Source: a bacterium
GTDB taxonomy: Bacteria > Zhuqueibacterota > Zhuqueibacteria > Residuimicrobiales > Krinioviventaceae
Length of the DNA stretch: 64,000 nucleotides
Assembly: GCA_963674595.2 (NCBI GenBank)
Contig: CAXXFV010000015.1
Location: 64,001 to 128,000, forward strand
Direction of reading: 5' to 3'
Shown here one piece after another: positions 50,249-60,774 of the stretch (its first letter is position 1; the number at the start of each line of letters is the position of its first letter). The notes under the pieces are model-generated. The model had not been told where the DNA came from. It saw only the letters and a list, made by a program, of their open reading frames with translations, and did not search any database. The translations under genes were made by a program, and so were the position numbers.

Positions 50249-50809
50249 ATGGCAATGGTTCGGGCGTTTATTTGTATTGAACTTGCTGAAAAATCCCGGA
50301 AAATTCTTGAGGATTTTCAGACGGAATTAAAGCAGATAAATGCAGATGTAAGGTGGGTCCGCCCTGCCGGCATACATTTAACATTGAAATTTTTAGGCGA
50401 TGTGGATGTTGAACGAATTGACCAAATAGAAGAGGCTATTAAAAAATCTGTTACTGATCTTGTTCCATTTAAACTTGAATTGTCCGGTACCGGCACGTTT
50501 CCAAATTTTAAACATCCCCGAGTGTTTTGGGTTGGTGTAGCCGGTCAGGTTGACGTGCTAAGTGCCCTTGCACAACAAATAGACAATAATTTAAATGCAA
50601 TTGGCTTTGATAAAGAAGAAAGGGAGTTTTCTCCGCATTTAACTTTGGGACGTGTTAAATCAACTTTTGGAATAAAGTCAGTTACAAACGTGGTAAGTAA
50701 TAAAATTTTAGAAAAAAATGAATTTTTAGTCAAAGAAATTGTTTTAATGCAAAGTGAGTTAAAAGCTACCGGCGCTGAATATTCATCGTTGCGAAAAATT
50801 CAATTATAA
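50249..50809 (+). CDS. thpR: RNA 2',3'-cyclic phosphodiesterase (2H family)
   Basis: Two HxT motifs: HLTLKFLG and PHLTLGR. Confidence 0.93.
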   Translation: MAMVRAFICIELAEKSRKILEDFQTELKQINADVRWVRPAGIHLTLKFLGDVDVERIDQIEEAIKKSVTDLVPFKLELSGTGTFPNFKHPRVFWVGVAGQVDVLSALAQQIDNNLNAIGFDKEEREFSPHLTLGRVKSTFGIKSVTNVVSNKILEKNEFLVKEIVLMQSELKATGAEYSSLRKIQL

Positions 50810-50824
50810 ATTTAGGTGATTTTT

Positions 50825-51871
50825 ATGAGTGAAGTAAATGAACGTAAAAAAGTACTAGACCTGGCCATGACCCAGATTGACCGACAATTTGGTAAGGGAT
50901 CAATCATGTGGTTGGGTGAAAATAAAAAAATAGATATGGACTTTATTCCCACAGGCTCAATTTCCCTGGATGTTGCCCTGGGTATTGGTGGTGTTCCGCG
51001 CGGACGAATTATTGAAATTTTCGGCCCGGAATCATCAGGAAAAACAACACTTGCCCTGCATATTGTTGCTGAAGCCCAAAAAAGAAGCGGACTGGCCGGT
51101 TTTATCGATGCCGAACACGCTATGGATGCCAAATATGCAAAATTATTGGGAGTGGATACCGATAACCTGTTGATCTCTCAGCCGGATACCGGTGAACAAG
51201 CTCTTGAAATCGCCGAAACACTTGTTCGGAGTGGTGCGCTGGATTGTATTGTCATCGATTCCGTTGCCGCTTTGGTCCCTCGTGCAGAAATTGAAGGTGA
51301 CATGGGCGACGCCCAGATGGGATTACAGGCTCGTTTAATGTCTCAGGCTATGAGAAAACTTACGGCTGCTATCAGCAAATCAAAAACAACGGTGATCTTT
51401 ATTAACCAGATTCGAGAAAAGATCGGCGTTATGTTTGGCAGTCCGGAAACAACAACCGGTGGACGCGCCTTAAAGTTTTATTCATCTGTTCGGCTAGACA
51501 TTCGGCGCATTGCCGCCATCAAGGATGGTGAAAATGTTATAGGTAACAGGACCCGGGTCAAAGTTGTTAAAAATAAAGTTGCCCCGCCTTTCCGTGAAGC
51601 TGAATTTGATATTATCTATGGAAAGGGAATTTCAAAAATCGGTGATCTATTGGATATTGCTGTAAAGCAAAATATCGTTGATAAAGCCGGTACCTGGTTT
51701 TCCTATGGCGACGAACGACTGGGACAGGGACGTGAAAACGTACGAAAATACCTTGAAGAAAATAGTGATCTGTTGAAAGAGATTGAGAATAAAGTTCGGG
51801 CTACTCTTAGCATGGGTGATGAAACAAAAGAAAAAGACCAGGAAAAAACGAACGAGAGTACAAAAAAGTAA
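50825..51871 (+). CDS. recA: Recombinase A
   Basis: [21 protein letters not shown] and [14 protein letters not shown]. Confidence 0.99.
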   Translation: MSEVNERKKVLDLAMTQIDRQFGKGSIMWLGENKKIDMDFIPTGSISLDVALGIGGVPRGRIIEIFGPESSGKTTLALHIVAEAQKRSGLAGFIDAEHAMDAKYAKLLGVDTDNLLISQPDTGEQALEIAETLVRSGALDCIVIDSVAALVPRAEIEGDMGDAQMGLQARLMSQAMRKLTAAISKSKTTVIFINQIREKIGVMFGSPETTTGGRALKFYSSVRLDIRRIAAIKDGENVIGNRTRVKVVKNKVAPPFREAEFDIIYGKGISKIGDLLDIAVKQNIVDKAGTWFSYGDERLGQGRENVRKYLEENSDLLKEIENKVRATLSMGDETKEKDQEKTNESTKK

Positions 51872-51877
51872 GTATAA

Positions 51878-52531
51878 ATGTGTGAAGCAAAAAAGATCAC
51901 GTCCATTGAGCGACAGGCAAAAAGATCGGACCGCTATTCTGTCTTTTTAGATGGCGAATTTGCATTTGGTATTCATGAAGATGTATTAATAAAATCCGGT
52001 ATTGCCAAAGGTGATCTTTTAAATGAAACACAAATTGAACAGATTATTGAAAAGGAAACACGGCGTAAAGCAAAAGAAAAATCATTTCGCCTGTTATCCG
52101 TTCGTGCAAGAAGCCGTAAAGAACTTGTTGATCGTTTAAAAATGGCAAAATTTTCGCAGCCGGTCATTGATTCCGTCCTTGAAGACCTTGAAAAATTAAA
52201 TTTGATCAATGATTCGGATTTTGCCAAAATTTATGCCCGTTCAAGAATGGTCACCCGGCCTGCCGGAGAGTTTTTATTACGACAGGAATTGAAACAAAAA
52301 GGTGTTTCCGAAAAGGATGTTGAAAGCGGCGTTGAAGAAGCTTACCGTGAAAAAAGTGAACAAACGCTTGCCCGGGAACTGGCGGTAAAACGAAAAAAAA
52401 GATTGGCAAGTGTTGAGGAAACAAAAGCAAAAAAAAGAATGAGTGATTTTTTGTTAAGGCGTGGTTTTAGCTGGGACATTGTTAAAGATATTATTGAGAA
52501 TTGGGATAATTTGAGTATTGAAACAGAGTGA
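51878..52531 (+). CDS. recX: Regulatory protein RecX
   Basis: LLSVRARS.KEL, LIND..FA and LLRRGFS; directly downstream of recA. Confidence 0.93.
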   Translation: MCEAKKITSIERQAKRSDRYSVFLDGEFAFGIHEDVLIKSGIAKGDLLNETQIEQIIEKETRRKAKEKSFRLLSVRARSRKELVDRLKMAKFSQPVIDSVLEDLEKLNLINDSDFAKIYARSRMVTRPAGEFLLRQELKQKGVSEKDVESGVEEAYREKSEQTLARELAVKRKKRLASVEETKAKKRMSDFLLRRGFSWDIVKDIIENWDNLSIETE

Positions 52532-53708
52532 TTTTAAAAAATTCAAAATTGGCACACGAATTATTCGTGCCACATCCCATGTCGATTTTAATGTAAAATC
52601 TCATGTTCCGCCTATTTTTCAGACGGTTAACTATGAGTATGAAAATGCCGAAGACGGCTTTGCCGTATTTAACGGTGCAAAACAGGGGTATGTCTATACC
52701 CGTGATGGAAATCCGAATACCGACCACCTTGCCGAACTTGTTGCATTACTTGAAGAGGGTGAAATGGCGGCCACCACGGCATCCGGTATGGCGGCAATCA
52801 GCAGTGCTATCCTGTCTCTGGTGAAACCGGGAGATCATATTGTCTCCTCAAAATTTATCTATGGTGGAACCCGGGCATGGCTGGAAGGTCCGCTGAATGA
52901 CCAAAACATTTCATCCAGTTTTGTCAACATTTTGGACGAGCAAGAGATTATATCTGCCATAACACCTGCAACAAAAATTCTATATGCGGAAGTTTTGGCA
53001 AATCCAAATTTAATTGTTGCTGATTTGGACTTGTTATCGAAAATTGCTAAAAAGAACAATCTTGTTTTAATAATTGATAATACCTTTACACCTCCGCCGA
53101 TTATTCAACCGTTAAAATATGGCGCTGACCTGGTCATTCACAGTGCCACAAAATATTTAGGCGGTCATGGCGATATTATAGGTGGTGTCATTGTCGGTTC
53201 AGCCGGCCGTATTCAAAATATTAACAAAATTATCAAACTTTATGGCGGTGTTTCAAGTCCTTTTAATGCATGGCTCGCGATGCGCGGCCTCAAAACCTTG
53301 GCTGTTCGCCTGGATAACCATTGCCGAAATGCTTTAAAAGTTGCCGAATTTCTTGATAAACACTCCAAAGTAAATCAAGTCTATTATCCCGGATTAGCTT
53401 CTCATCCGCAGCACAAACTTGCCGCCAGCCAGCTAAACGGGTTCGGCGGAATGCTGGCCTTTGAAATAAAGGGCGATTTTAGTGCTGTTAAAAGGATAAT
53501 GGATGCTGTAAAGGTGTTTAATTTTACAGTAAGTCTAGGTGAAATTGATTCGTTAATTATGCATCCGGCTTCAACGTCTCATGTTTCACTTTCTGATAAA
53601 GATAAAAAAGCCCTGGGTATTACGGATAGTTTGATTCGTTTATCCATTGGGATCGAAGACAGTGATGATTTGATTTATGATTTAGAACAAGCGCTGGAAT
53701 TAATATAA
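52518..53708 (+). CDS. Cys/Met metabolism PLP-dependent enzyme (cystathionine gamma-synthase/lyase family)
   Basis: YTRDGNP, SGMAAI, DNTF, HSATKYLGGHGD, SLGE..SL..HPA and IRLSIGIED. Has YGGT rather than the YGCT typical of methionine gamma-lyase. Confidence 0.92.
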   Translation: MKQSDFKKFKIGTRIIRATSHVDFNVKSHVPPIFQTVNYEYENAEDGFAVFNGAKQGYVYTRDGNPNTDHLAELVALLEEGEMAATTASGMAAISSAILSLVKPGDHIVSSKFIYGGTRAWLEGPLNDQNISSSFVNILDEQEIISAITPATKILYAEVLANPNLIVADLDLLSKIAKKNNLVLIIDNTFTPPPIIQPLKYGADLVIHSATKYLGGHGDIIGGVIVGSAGRIQNINKIIKLYGGVSSPFNAWLAMRGLKTLAVRLDNHCRNALKVAEFLDKHSKVNQVYYPGLASHPQHKLAASQLNGFGGMLAFEIKGDFSAVKRIMDAVKVFNFTVSLGEIDSLIMHPASTSHVSLSDKDKKALGITDSLIRLSIGIEDSDDLIYDLEQALELI

Positions 53709-53736
53709 CATAGTGCAGAATAACAGGAAATAGTAT

Positions 53737-56358
53737 ATGACATCAAACGAACTAAGACAATCATTTCTCGATTTTTTTAAATCCAAGGAACATCATATCG
53801 TATCAAGTGCGCCGGTCGTACCACAGGATGATCCGACCCTGTTGTTTACCAATGCAGGGATGAACCAGTTTAAAGATATTTTCCTTGGGACCCGAAAACG
53901 TCAGTATAACCGAATTGCCGATTCACAAAAATGTATTCGTGTATCCGGAAAGCATAATGATCTTGAAGAGGTGGGTCGCGATACCTATCATCATACTTTT
54001 TTTGAAATGTTGGGGAATTGGTCCTTTGGTGATTATTTTAAAGCCGAAGCCATTGAATGGGCCTGGGAATTGTTGACAAAGGTTTGGGGTTTGCCCAAGG
54101 ATAAACTATATGCCACGGTCTTTGCCGGTGATGACAAAGACGGCGTTGAACCGGATATTGAAGCAGAAGACGAATGGAAAAATCAAACCGATATTGACCA
54201 TTCTCATATTTTACGATTTGGTAAAAAAGATAATTTTTGGGAAATGGGTGAAACCGGCCCCTGCGGCCCCTGTTCCGAAATTCATATAGATCGCGGTCCC
54301 GAATATTGCGACAGCAAAGACCCGAACCACGTTTGTGAAGTGAATAGCGGATGCGCCCGTTATATAGAATTGTGGAACCTGGTTTTTATCCAGTATAATC
54401 GTGATGAAACCGGAGAATTGCATTTGCTGCCATCCAAGCATGTGGATACCGGCGCCGGATTTGAACGTCTGGCTGCTGTCATGCAGAAAAAGAATTCAAA
54501 TTACGATACGGACCTTTTTACTCCTATTATAAAAGCAATCGGCGAAATTGTGGAAAAAGCGGATGCCGATGGAGAAATCGGAGTCGCTTATCGGGTTATT
54601 TGTGATCATATCCGGGCATTGACGTTTGCCATCGCTGACGGCGCAATTCCCGGTAACGACGGCCGCGGTTATGTTTTACGACGTATCCTGAGACGGGCCG
54701 CCCGATTTGGCCGGGTATTGGGAATGCATGAACCCTTTATTTATAAACTTGTTGCCACCCTGGCCAAAGAAATGGGTCACGCCTATCCTGAAATTAAAGA
54801 ACGACAGTCATATATTGAAAAAGTTATAAAAGCCGAAGAAGAAAGTTTCGGCCGTACACTTGATCGCGGAATTGAAATTTTTGAACAAAAGGTAAAACAG
54901 GTCCAAAAAGCAGGTGAAACTGTTTTCCCCGGAAAAGACGCATTTGTGCTGCATGACACCTATGGTTTTCCGCTTGACTTGACACAGCTTATGGCTGAAG
55001 AAAAGAACTTGACGGTTGATGAAAAAGCCTTTGATAAAGAGATGGCCCTTCAGCGTGAAAGATCATCCAAGGATAGAAATGCTGTTTATGAAACCATTCA
55101 TGTTTCGGATGATCAGGGCGCCTCGGAATTTGTGGGTTATGATCAGGATGCCTTTAAGACAAGTGTTGTTCATTATGAAGACGGTAAAATTATTATAAAA
55201 AACACACCGTTTTATGCCGAATCCGGTGGACAGGTTGGAGACAGTGGCATAATTAAAAATGATCATTTTACATTTTCCGTTGAAGAAACGCGAAATGTTG
55301 GTGAACATATTGTTCACATCGGTACATTGACAAGCGGTACCGCACCTAAAGCCGGAGATATGGTATCGGCCCAGGTAGATATTGAAAAAAGACGTGCTAC
55401 GGAAAGAAACCATACGGTAACACATCTTTTACATAAAGCATTACGAACAATTCTCGGCGACCACGTTCATCAGGCCGGTTCACTTGTTCATCCGGACCAA
55501 ATGCGGTTTGACTTTACACATTTTGAAAAAGTAAGTGATGCTGATCTGGAAAAAATTGAAAATATTGTAAATGATAAAATTCTGGAAAATCGTTTCACAA
55601 CCTGGCAGGTTTTACCCATTGATGAGGCAAAATCAAGAGGCGCTATGGCCCTTTTTGGTGAAAAATACGGTGAAAATGTTCGTATGGTTGAAATTGACGA
55701 GTATTCACGGGAACTGTGCGGCGGAACGCATGTGCGTTCAACCGGAGAGATTGGAGAGTTTATTATAACCTCGGAATCTGCGGTTGCAGCCGGAATTCGA
55801 CGAATTGAATCGCTAACCGGTAAAAAGGCTGTTGCTTTTCGCAGAGCAAAACAACTTCAGGTCCATCAGATAGCCGAACGTCTCAATTGTCCTGCTGAAG
55901 AAATTGAACAACGTTTGGAACATATTTTACAGGAACAAAAAGAGCTTGAACATGAACTCAAATCTTTACGACAAAAGAGTTCTAAAAATCAAATTGATGA
56001 TTTGTTGAGTAAAGCTATAATGGTTAAGGATGTTAAAGTCATTGCGGCAAAAATCAACGTAACCAATCCGGATGAATTAAGGAATGCCGGTGATTTGCTT
56101 AGAAACGGCATGGGATCTGGTGTTGGTGTTTTGGCTGCTGTAATAAATGATAAAGTAAATTTTGCTTGTATTGTTACAAAAGATTTGATTGACTCTAAAA
56201 AACTAAAAGCAGGTGATATAGTTAAAGATGTAGCTGCAATTGCCGGTGGCGGCGGCGGCGGAAGTCCGCATATGGCGCTTGCAGGCGCCAAAGACGTCTC
56301 TAAAGTTGATACGGCGTTGGCTAAGGTAACCGAGATTATAGAAAGCAAATTAGCATAG
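53737..56358 (+). CDS. alaS: Alanine--tRNA ligase
   Basis: LLFTNAGM, HHTFFEMLGNWSFGDYFK, HTVTHLL, ELCGGTH and C-Ala GGGGG. Confidence 0.99.
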   Translation: MTSNELRQSFLDFFKSKEHHIVSSAPVVPQDDPTLLFTNAGMNQFKDIFLGTRKRQYNRIADSQKCIRVSGKHNDLEEVGRDTYHHTFFEMLGNWSFGDYFKAEAIEWAWELLTKVWGLPKDKLYATVFAGDDKDGVEPDIEAEDEWKNQTDIDHSHILRFGKKDNFWEMGETGPCGPCSEIHIDRGPEYCDSKDPNHVCEVNSGCARYIELWNLVFIQYNRDETGELHLLPSKHVDTGAGFERLAAVMQKKNSNYDTDLFTPIIKAIGEIVEKADADGEIGVAYRVICDHIRALTFAIADGAIPGNDGRGYVLRRILRRAARFGRVLGMHEPFIYKLVATLAKEMGHAYPEIKERQSYIEKVIKAEEESFGRTLDRGIEIFEQKVKQVQKAGETVFPGKDAFVLHDTYGFPLDLTQLMAEEKNLTVDEKAFDKEMALQRERSSKDRNAVYETIHVSDDQGASEFVGYDQDAFKTSVVHYEDGKIIIKNTPFYAESGGQVGDSGIIKNDHFTFSVEETRNVGEHIVHIGTLTSGTAPKAGDMVSAQVDIEKRRATERNHTVTHLLHKALRTILGDHVHQAGSLVHPDQMRFDFTHFEKVSDADLEKIENIVNDKILENRFTTWQVLPIDEAKSRGAMALFGEKYGENVRMVEIDEYSRELCGGTHVRSTGEIGEFIITSESAVAAGIRRIESLTGKKAVAFRRAKQLQVHQIAERLNCPAEEIEQRLEHILQEQKELEHELKSLRQKSSKNQIDDLLSKAIMVKDVKVIAAKINVTNPDELRNAGDLLRNGMGSGVGVLAAVINDKVNFACIVTKDLIDSKKLKAGDIVKDVAAIAGGGGGGSPHMALAGAKDVSKVDTALAKVTEIIESKLA

Positions 56359-56400
56359 CTGCATCATTATAATTTAACTGCGAAAGGATTTGGCAGCCAA

Positions 56401-57150
56401 GTGAAAGTTATTGATAAACTTTACAAGATTCAAAAACAGCGTGGAGCAGGTTATTTTGTACTTATTGATCCGGATAAACAGGAAATAAAAGAGGCTGTCC
56501 GGTTAGCGGAAATATGTGCAAAAGCCGAAATCGATGCGTTTTTAGTTGGTGGAAGTTTGTTGTTTTCTCATATTTTTGATGAACTGGTGAAAAGTATTAA
56601 AGAGGTATGTGATATACCTGTTATCATTTTTCCCGGAAGTACAAAACAGCTCTCTCCCTATGCAGATGCCATTTTGTTTTTATCGTTGATAAGCGGAAGA
56701 AATCCGAACACACTTATTGGCGAACAGGTGGCTGCAGCCCCGATCATAAAGTCCATGGGACTTGAACCTATATCGACAGCTTATATGTTTATTGAATCCG
56801 GTAATATCACTTCTGCTCAGTTTATCAGTGATACACGTCCCATTCCACGGGAAAAGCCGGATATTGCCATGGCACATGCCTTGGCGGCTGAATACTTTGG
56901 AATGAAGCTGGCTTATTTGGAAGCCGGCAGCGGCGCCAAATACTCTGTGCCCGATTCCCTGATTCAAGCTCTAAAAAAATATGTCAATATTCCGATGATC
57001 GTTGGTGGCGGAATTTGTACACCCGAAGAAGCCAGAAAAAAAGTAGAAGCTGGCGCCGGTTTTTTAGTTACCGGAAACGTACTTGAAAAAAATCCCGACG
57101 CAGGCCTGGTTAAGGCATTTTCTCAGGCCGTTCATATATTGGAAAAATAG
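56401..57150 (+). CDS. Geranylgeranylglyceryl/heptaprenylglyceryl phosphate synthase (group II GGGPS)
   Basis: LIDPDK, VGGS, FPG, SLISGRNP, YLEAGSGA, VGGGI and VTGN. Confidence 0.92.
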   Translation: MKVIDKLYKIQKQRGAGYFVLIDPDKQEIKEAVRLAEICAKAEIDAFLVGGSLLFSHIFDELVKSIKEVCDIPVIIFPGSTKQLSPYADAILFLSLISGRNPNTLIGEQVAAAPIIKSMGLEPISTAYMFIESGNITSAQFISDTRPIPREKPDIAMAHALAAEYFGMKLAYLEAGSGAKYSVPDSLIQALKKYVNIPMIVGGGICTPEEARKKVEAGAGFLVTGNVLEKNPDAGLVKAFSQAVHILEK

Positions 57151-57186
57151 ATATTAACTGAAAAGAATAATATTCAAGTGGTATAA

Positions 57187-57981
57187 ATGGATTTTATTGA
57201 TATACATTCACATGTAATTGCATATTGGGATGATGGGGCGGAATCGTGGGATGATTCTTTGGAAATGTTAAAAATGGCAGAACAGGATGGAATTTCTCAA
57301 ATTATCTGTACGCCGCACATCCTGGCGACAAATGACCTTGAACGGGAAGATGAAATTATCAACCTGTGGAATGAATTGAAAAACAAGGCCGAGCAAGCCA
57401 ATATAGGTATTAAAATTCATCTGGGTTGCGAATTATATGTTCAACCTGATATCAACTTTGAAAGAAAAATCAGCACACTAGCTGGAAATGGGACCTATTT
57501 TCTTGTGGAATTTCCTATGGGAATGATTCCCGATTTTGTTGCAAACAAGTTTTTCGATTTACTTTTGGATAATAAAGTTCCAATTATTGCACACCCGGAA
57601 AGAAACGGCGGTATTCTCAATCAACCACAACGTGCTGTAGAATTTGTTGAAAGGGGTGCGTTGATGCAAATGAATGCCGGAAGTATTTTGGGAGATTTTG
57701 GCACACGTATTAAAGCATTGGCAACACAACTTTTGGATGCTAATTTAATACATATTATTGCAACCGACGCTCACGATACAACCTATAGGCCCCTGATTTT
57801 GTCAAAAGCCTTCAAGTTTGTAAAAGAAAACTGGGGAAAAGAAAGGGCAGAGACCTTATTCATCAATAATCCACACAAAATTTTAACGGCAAAAAAAATT
57901 ACGACCGGGCCTATTCAGCCGATTCAAAATAATGGTAAAAATATATTCTGGAGAAAATTTACATCTTTTTTTCAGAAATAG
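57187..57981 (+). CDS. PHP-family protein-tyrosine phosphatase (CpsB/CapC/YwqE)
   Basis: DIHSH...DDG, TPH, AHPERN and ATDAH. Confidence 0.92.
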   Translation: MDFIDIHSHVIAYWDDGAESWDDSLEMLKMAEQDGISQIICTPHILATNDLEREDEIINLWNELKNKAEQANIGIKIHLGCELYVQPDINFERKISTLAGNGTYFLVEFPMGMIPDFVANKFFDLLLDNKVPIIAHPERNGGILNQPQRAVEFVERGALMQMNAGSILGDFGTRIKALATQLLDANLIHIIATDAHDTTYRPLILSKAFKFVKENWGKERAETLFINNPHKILTAKKITTGPIQPIQNNGKNIFWRKFTSFFQK

Positions 57982-58031
57982 ATTGAATAGATCAAAATCC
58001 AACATATTGTATTTTATCGGAGGAAGTTGAT

Positions 58032-58616
58032 TTGGACTCTTTGAGAAAAGAAATAGAACAACAATTAATTGATAGTGCAAAAATTAAAGATATTATCAGA
58101 GAAAAATATACGGATAAAATTCTGGAAACAGCCCAGCTTATGATAAATGCATTAAAAGCGGGCGGCAAGTTGTTACTGTGCGGGAACGGCGGAAGCGCAG
58201 CCGACTCTCAGCATTTTGCGGCAGAGATGGTTGGGCGTTTAAAAAAGAACCGTGGCGCCATTGCCGCCATTGCCATGACAACCGATACATCCATCATTAC
58301 GGCTATCGGTAATGATTATTCTTATGATGAAATATTCAGTCGTCAGGTTGAGGCTTTGGGTGCACCTCAGGATGTTTTTGTTGGGATGAGTACCAGCGGA
58401 AATTCTGAAAATGTCAGTTTGGCAATTAAAGCGGCCAAGGCGAAGGGTATTCCGACAGTTGCCTTACTCGGTAAAACAGGTGGAAAGCTGGCAAACGAAG
58501 CAGACCACGTCATTGTTGTTCCTTCCATGATATCCCAACGAATTCAGGAAGGGCATATTACCATCATTCATATATGGTGTGATCTGATTGAAGAAGCACT
58601 TTTTCCAAATGACTGA
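58032..58616 (+). CDS. gmhA: Sedoheptulose 7-phosphate isomerase
   Basis: CGNGGSAADSQH, TAIGNDY, STSGNS and RIQEGH. Confidence 0.96.
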   Translation: MDSLRKEIEQQLIDSAKIKDIIREKYTDKILETAQLMINALKAGGKLLLCGNGGSAADSQHFAAEMVGRLKKNRGAIAAIAMTTDTSIITAIGNDYSYDEIFSRQVEALGAPQDVFVGMSTSGNSENVSLAIKAAKAKGIPTVALLGKTGGKLANEADHVIVVPSMISQRIQEGHITIIHIWCDLIEEALFPND

Positions 58617-58690
58617 AACATTTTTAAATAAAATTGTGTTCAATTGATGATTAGTCCTGATTATTCCTACTAAAATAAATTGTTAAAACG

Positions 58691-60754
58691 TTGAGTTTTT
58701 TAAATCTTTCCATATTGTTCGGTTTGCTCGCTGTAGCTGTTCCTCTTTTAATACATTTACTGTCGAGGTCTAAAAACCGGGTTATTCCCTTCAGTTCATT
58801 AACTTTTTTACTAGAGCTGCAGCAGCATAAAGTCCGTCGAATTAAATTAAAACAATTGCTTATTTTAATTCTTCGCATGTTGATTGTCATTTTGCTTGTT
58901 TTGGCTTTTGCACGTCCTATTTTTAAAAGCCGCTCTGCAAATCCTGCCGATGTAAACGCCGGTACGACAGCCGTAATTGTGCTTGACAATTCATTCAGTA
59001 TGACGGTCCCGCAAAACAACTCGTCGTTGTTTCAAACCGCTAAAGCTAAAATAAATGAAATCATTCAGATAATGCGTCAGGGGGATGAGGTTTATTTATT
59101 ATTTTCCACGGATTCAAGTTATTTAAATACACAGGCTTTTTTAAATTTTGAAAATTTACAAAACAGCCTCAAAAACAAAATGACAAGTTTTGTTGTTTCC
59201 GACTTGAATAAAGCGATAGATGCATCACAGGAAATTTTTCATAATACGGTGAACATAAATAAAGAACTTTATGTTATATCTGATTTTCAAAAATCAACAC
59301 TGCCGGATTCCTTTTCATTAACTGAGCAGGATGTCCGTATCTTTGCTTTACCGGTCCGACCGGAATTTATTTCAAATGTTTCTGTTGATAAGGTTTTGCT
59401 GGTTAATACGATACTGGAAAAAAATAAAGTCCTGGAACTGGAAGCAGTTGTTGCAAATTATGGTACCCAGCCGGTTCAAAATAAATTGGCCCAGCTATTT
59501 ATAAACGATGAGCGGGTTGCCCAGACGACGTTTAGTTTGGAACCTGATCAATCCAAAACACTTTTTTTTAAATTTGTCCCTGATCAAAGCGGCCTGTTTA
59601 GCGGCTATATCGTTCTGGAAGATGATGACGTATTAAAAGATAACAAACATTATTTTTCATTTACCATTCCGGATAAGATCCCGGTGGGTTTGATTGGCCA
59701 GAGAAATGCCGATACCCAATTCATCAACCTTGCGCTGCTGCCGGATGATAATTCCAATTTTGATGTTACAACAATAAAGTCAGGTAATTTTGAAAATGTT
59801 TCTTTGGGACAGTTTCAGGTTGTCGCTTGTCGGATTTGTCAATTTCAGCCGAAAAAAATTACAGGATATATGGGCTTTTGTCGAAAATGGTGGTGGATTG
59901 TTTTAGCGCTTGGAGATTTTGATTTAGAGGATTTTAATTCGACCATTGCACAACAGTTCCATCTGCCGAAATTAACCGGTGTTTATGAAAATAAACTTGC
60001 AAGTGATGACCAATTTTTATCCTTTGGGAATATTGATTTTACTCACCCGGTTTTTAAAGGTATTTTTAAAGAACCGCAAACAAAAATAAAAAATCCACAT
60101 ATTTTCAAGGCTTTTCAAACTGAAAAATCCGGGGACATTGACGTTATTATACCCCTAAGTAATGGTTTCCCGTTTTTATATGAAAAAAACGCCGGACAGG
60201 GCAAAATTATTGTTATGACATCCGGATTGGGTGATGAATATTCTGATTTTACATATCAAACAATTTTTGCTCCACTAATGTCACGAATGTTTTCCTATCT
60301 TGCTGTTCATCAGCAAACACAGGCAAGCGAATATAATATCCTTGATGAATTGAGGTTATCTGTCGATGCAAGGTTGGTTGACCAAGATCTGGAAATTATT
60401 CGTCCTGATAATCAGGCTGAAAAAGTAACTCCAACTATTTTATCCGGTGGTTTGTATTTAAAATATGCACAGACCAATATTCCCGGTAATTACAAACTTA
60501 ATTCCGGGCAGACACAAATTGCTCAATGGTCTGTTAATATTTCTCCGGAAGAATCAGTTTTTAAATATTATGATAATAAAGAGTTGGAAAAATTTCATTT
60601 TAATGTTTTAAAAGAATCCAATATTGAGCAGTCTGTGAAAAACCAGCGATTTGGTAAAGAACTGTGGAAATATTTTGTCCTGGCGGCATTGATTTTGTTG
60701 ATTTTAGAGATGCTTCTTTTTCGGGAAAAAGGTGATTCTGCATCTGCTGAATAA
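58691..60754 (+). CDS. BatA-domain / vWA membrane protein (probably contains compensating sequencing indels)
   Basis: N-terminal BatA motif FLN...L.GL....P..IHL...F.SL.FL...LR.L....LAFARP; vWA DNSFSM; C-terminal ELWKY plus TM. Confidence 0.88.
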   Translation: MSFLNLSILFGLLAVAVPLLIHLLSRSKNRVIPFSSLTFLLELQQHKVRRIKLKQLLILILRMLIVILLVLAFARPIFKSRSANPADVNAGTTAVIVLDNSFSMTVPQNNSSLFQTAKAKINEIIQIMRQGDEVYLLFSTDSSYLNTQAFLNFENLQNSLKNKMTSFVVSDLNKAIDASQEIFHNTVNINKELYVISDFQKSTLPDSFSLTEQDVRIFALPVRPEFISNVSVDKVLLVNTILEKNKVLELEAVVANYGTQPVQNKLAQLFINDERVAQTTFSLEPDQSKTLFFKFVPDQSGLFSGYIVLEDDDVLKDNKHYFSFTIPDKIPVGLIGQRNADTQFINLALLPDDNSNFDVTTIKSGNFENVSLGQFQVVACRICQFQPKKITGYMGFCRKWWWIVLALGDFDLEDFNSTIAQQFHLPKLTGVYENKLASDDQFLSFGNIDFTHPVFKGIFKEPQTKIKNPHIFKAFQTEKSGDIDVIIPLSNGFPFLYEKNAGQGKIIVMTSGLGDEYSDFTYQTIFAPLMSRMFSYLAVHQQTQASEYNILDELRLSVDARLVDQDLEIIRPDNQAEKVTPTILSGGLYLKYAQTNIPGNYKLNSGQTQIAQWSVNISPEESVFKYYDNKELEKFHFNVLKESNIEQSVKNQRFGKELWKYFVLAALILLILEMLLFREKGDSASAE

Positions 60755-60774
60755 AGATATATTTTGAGGTTATA

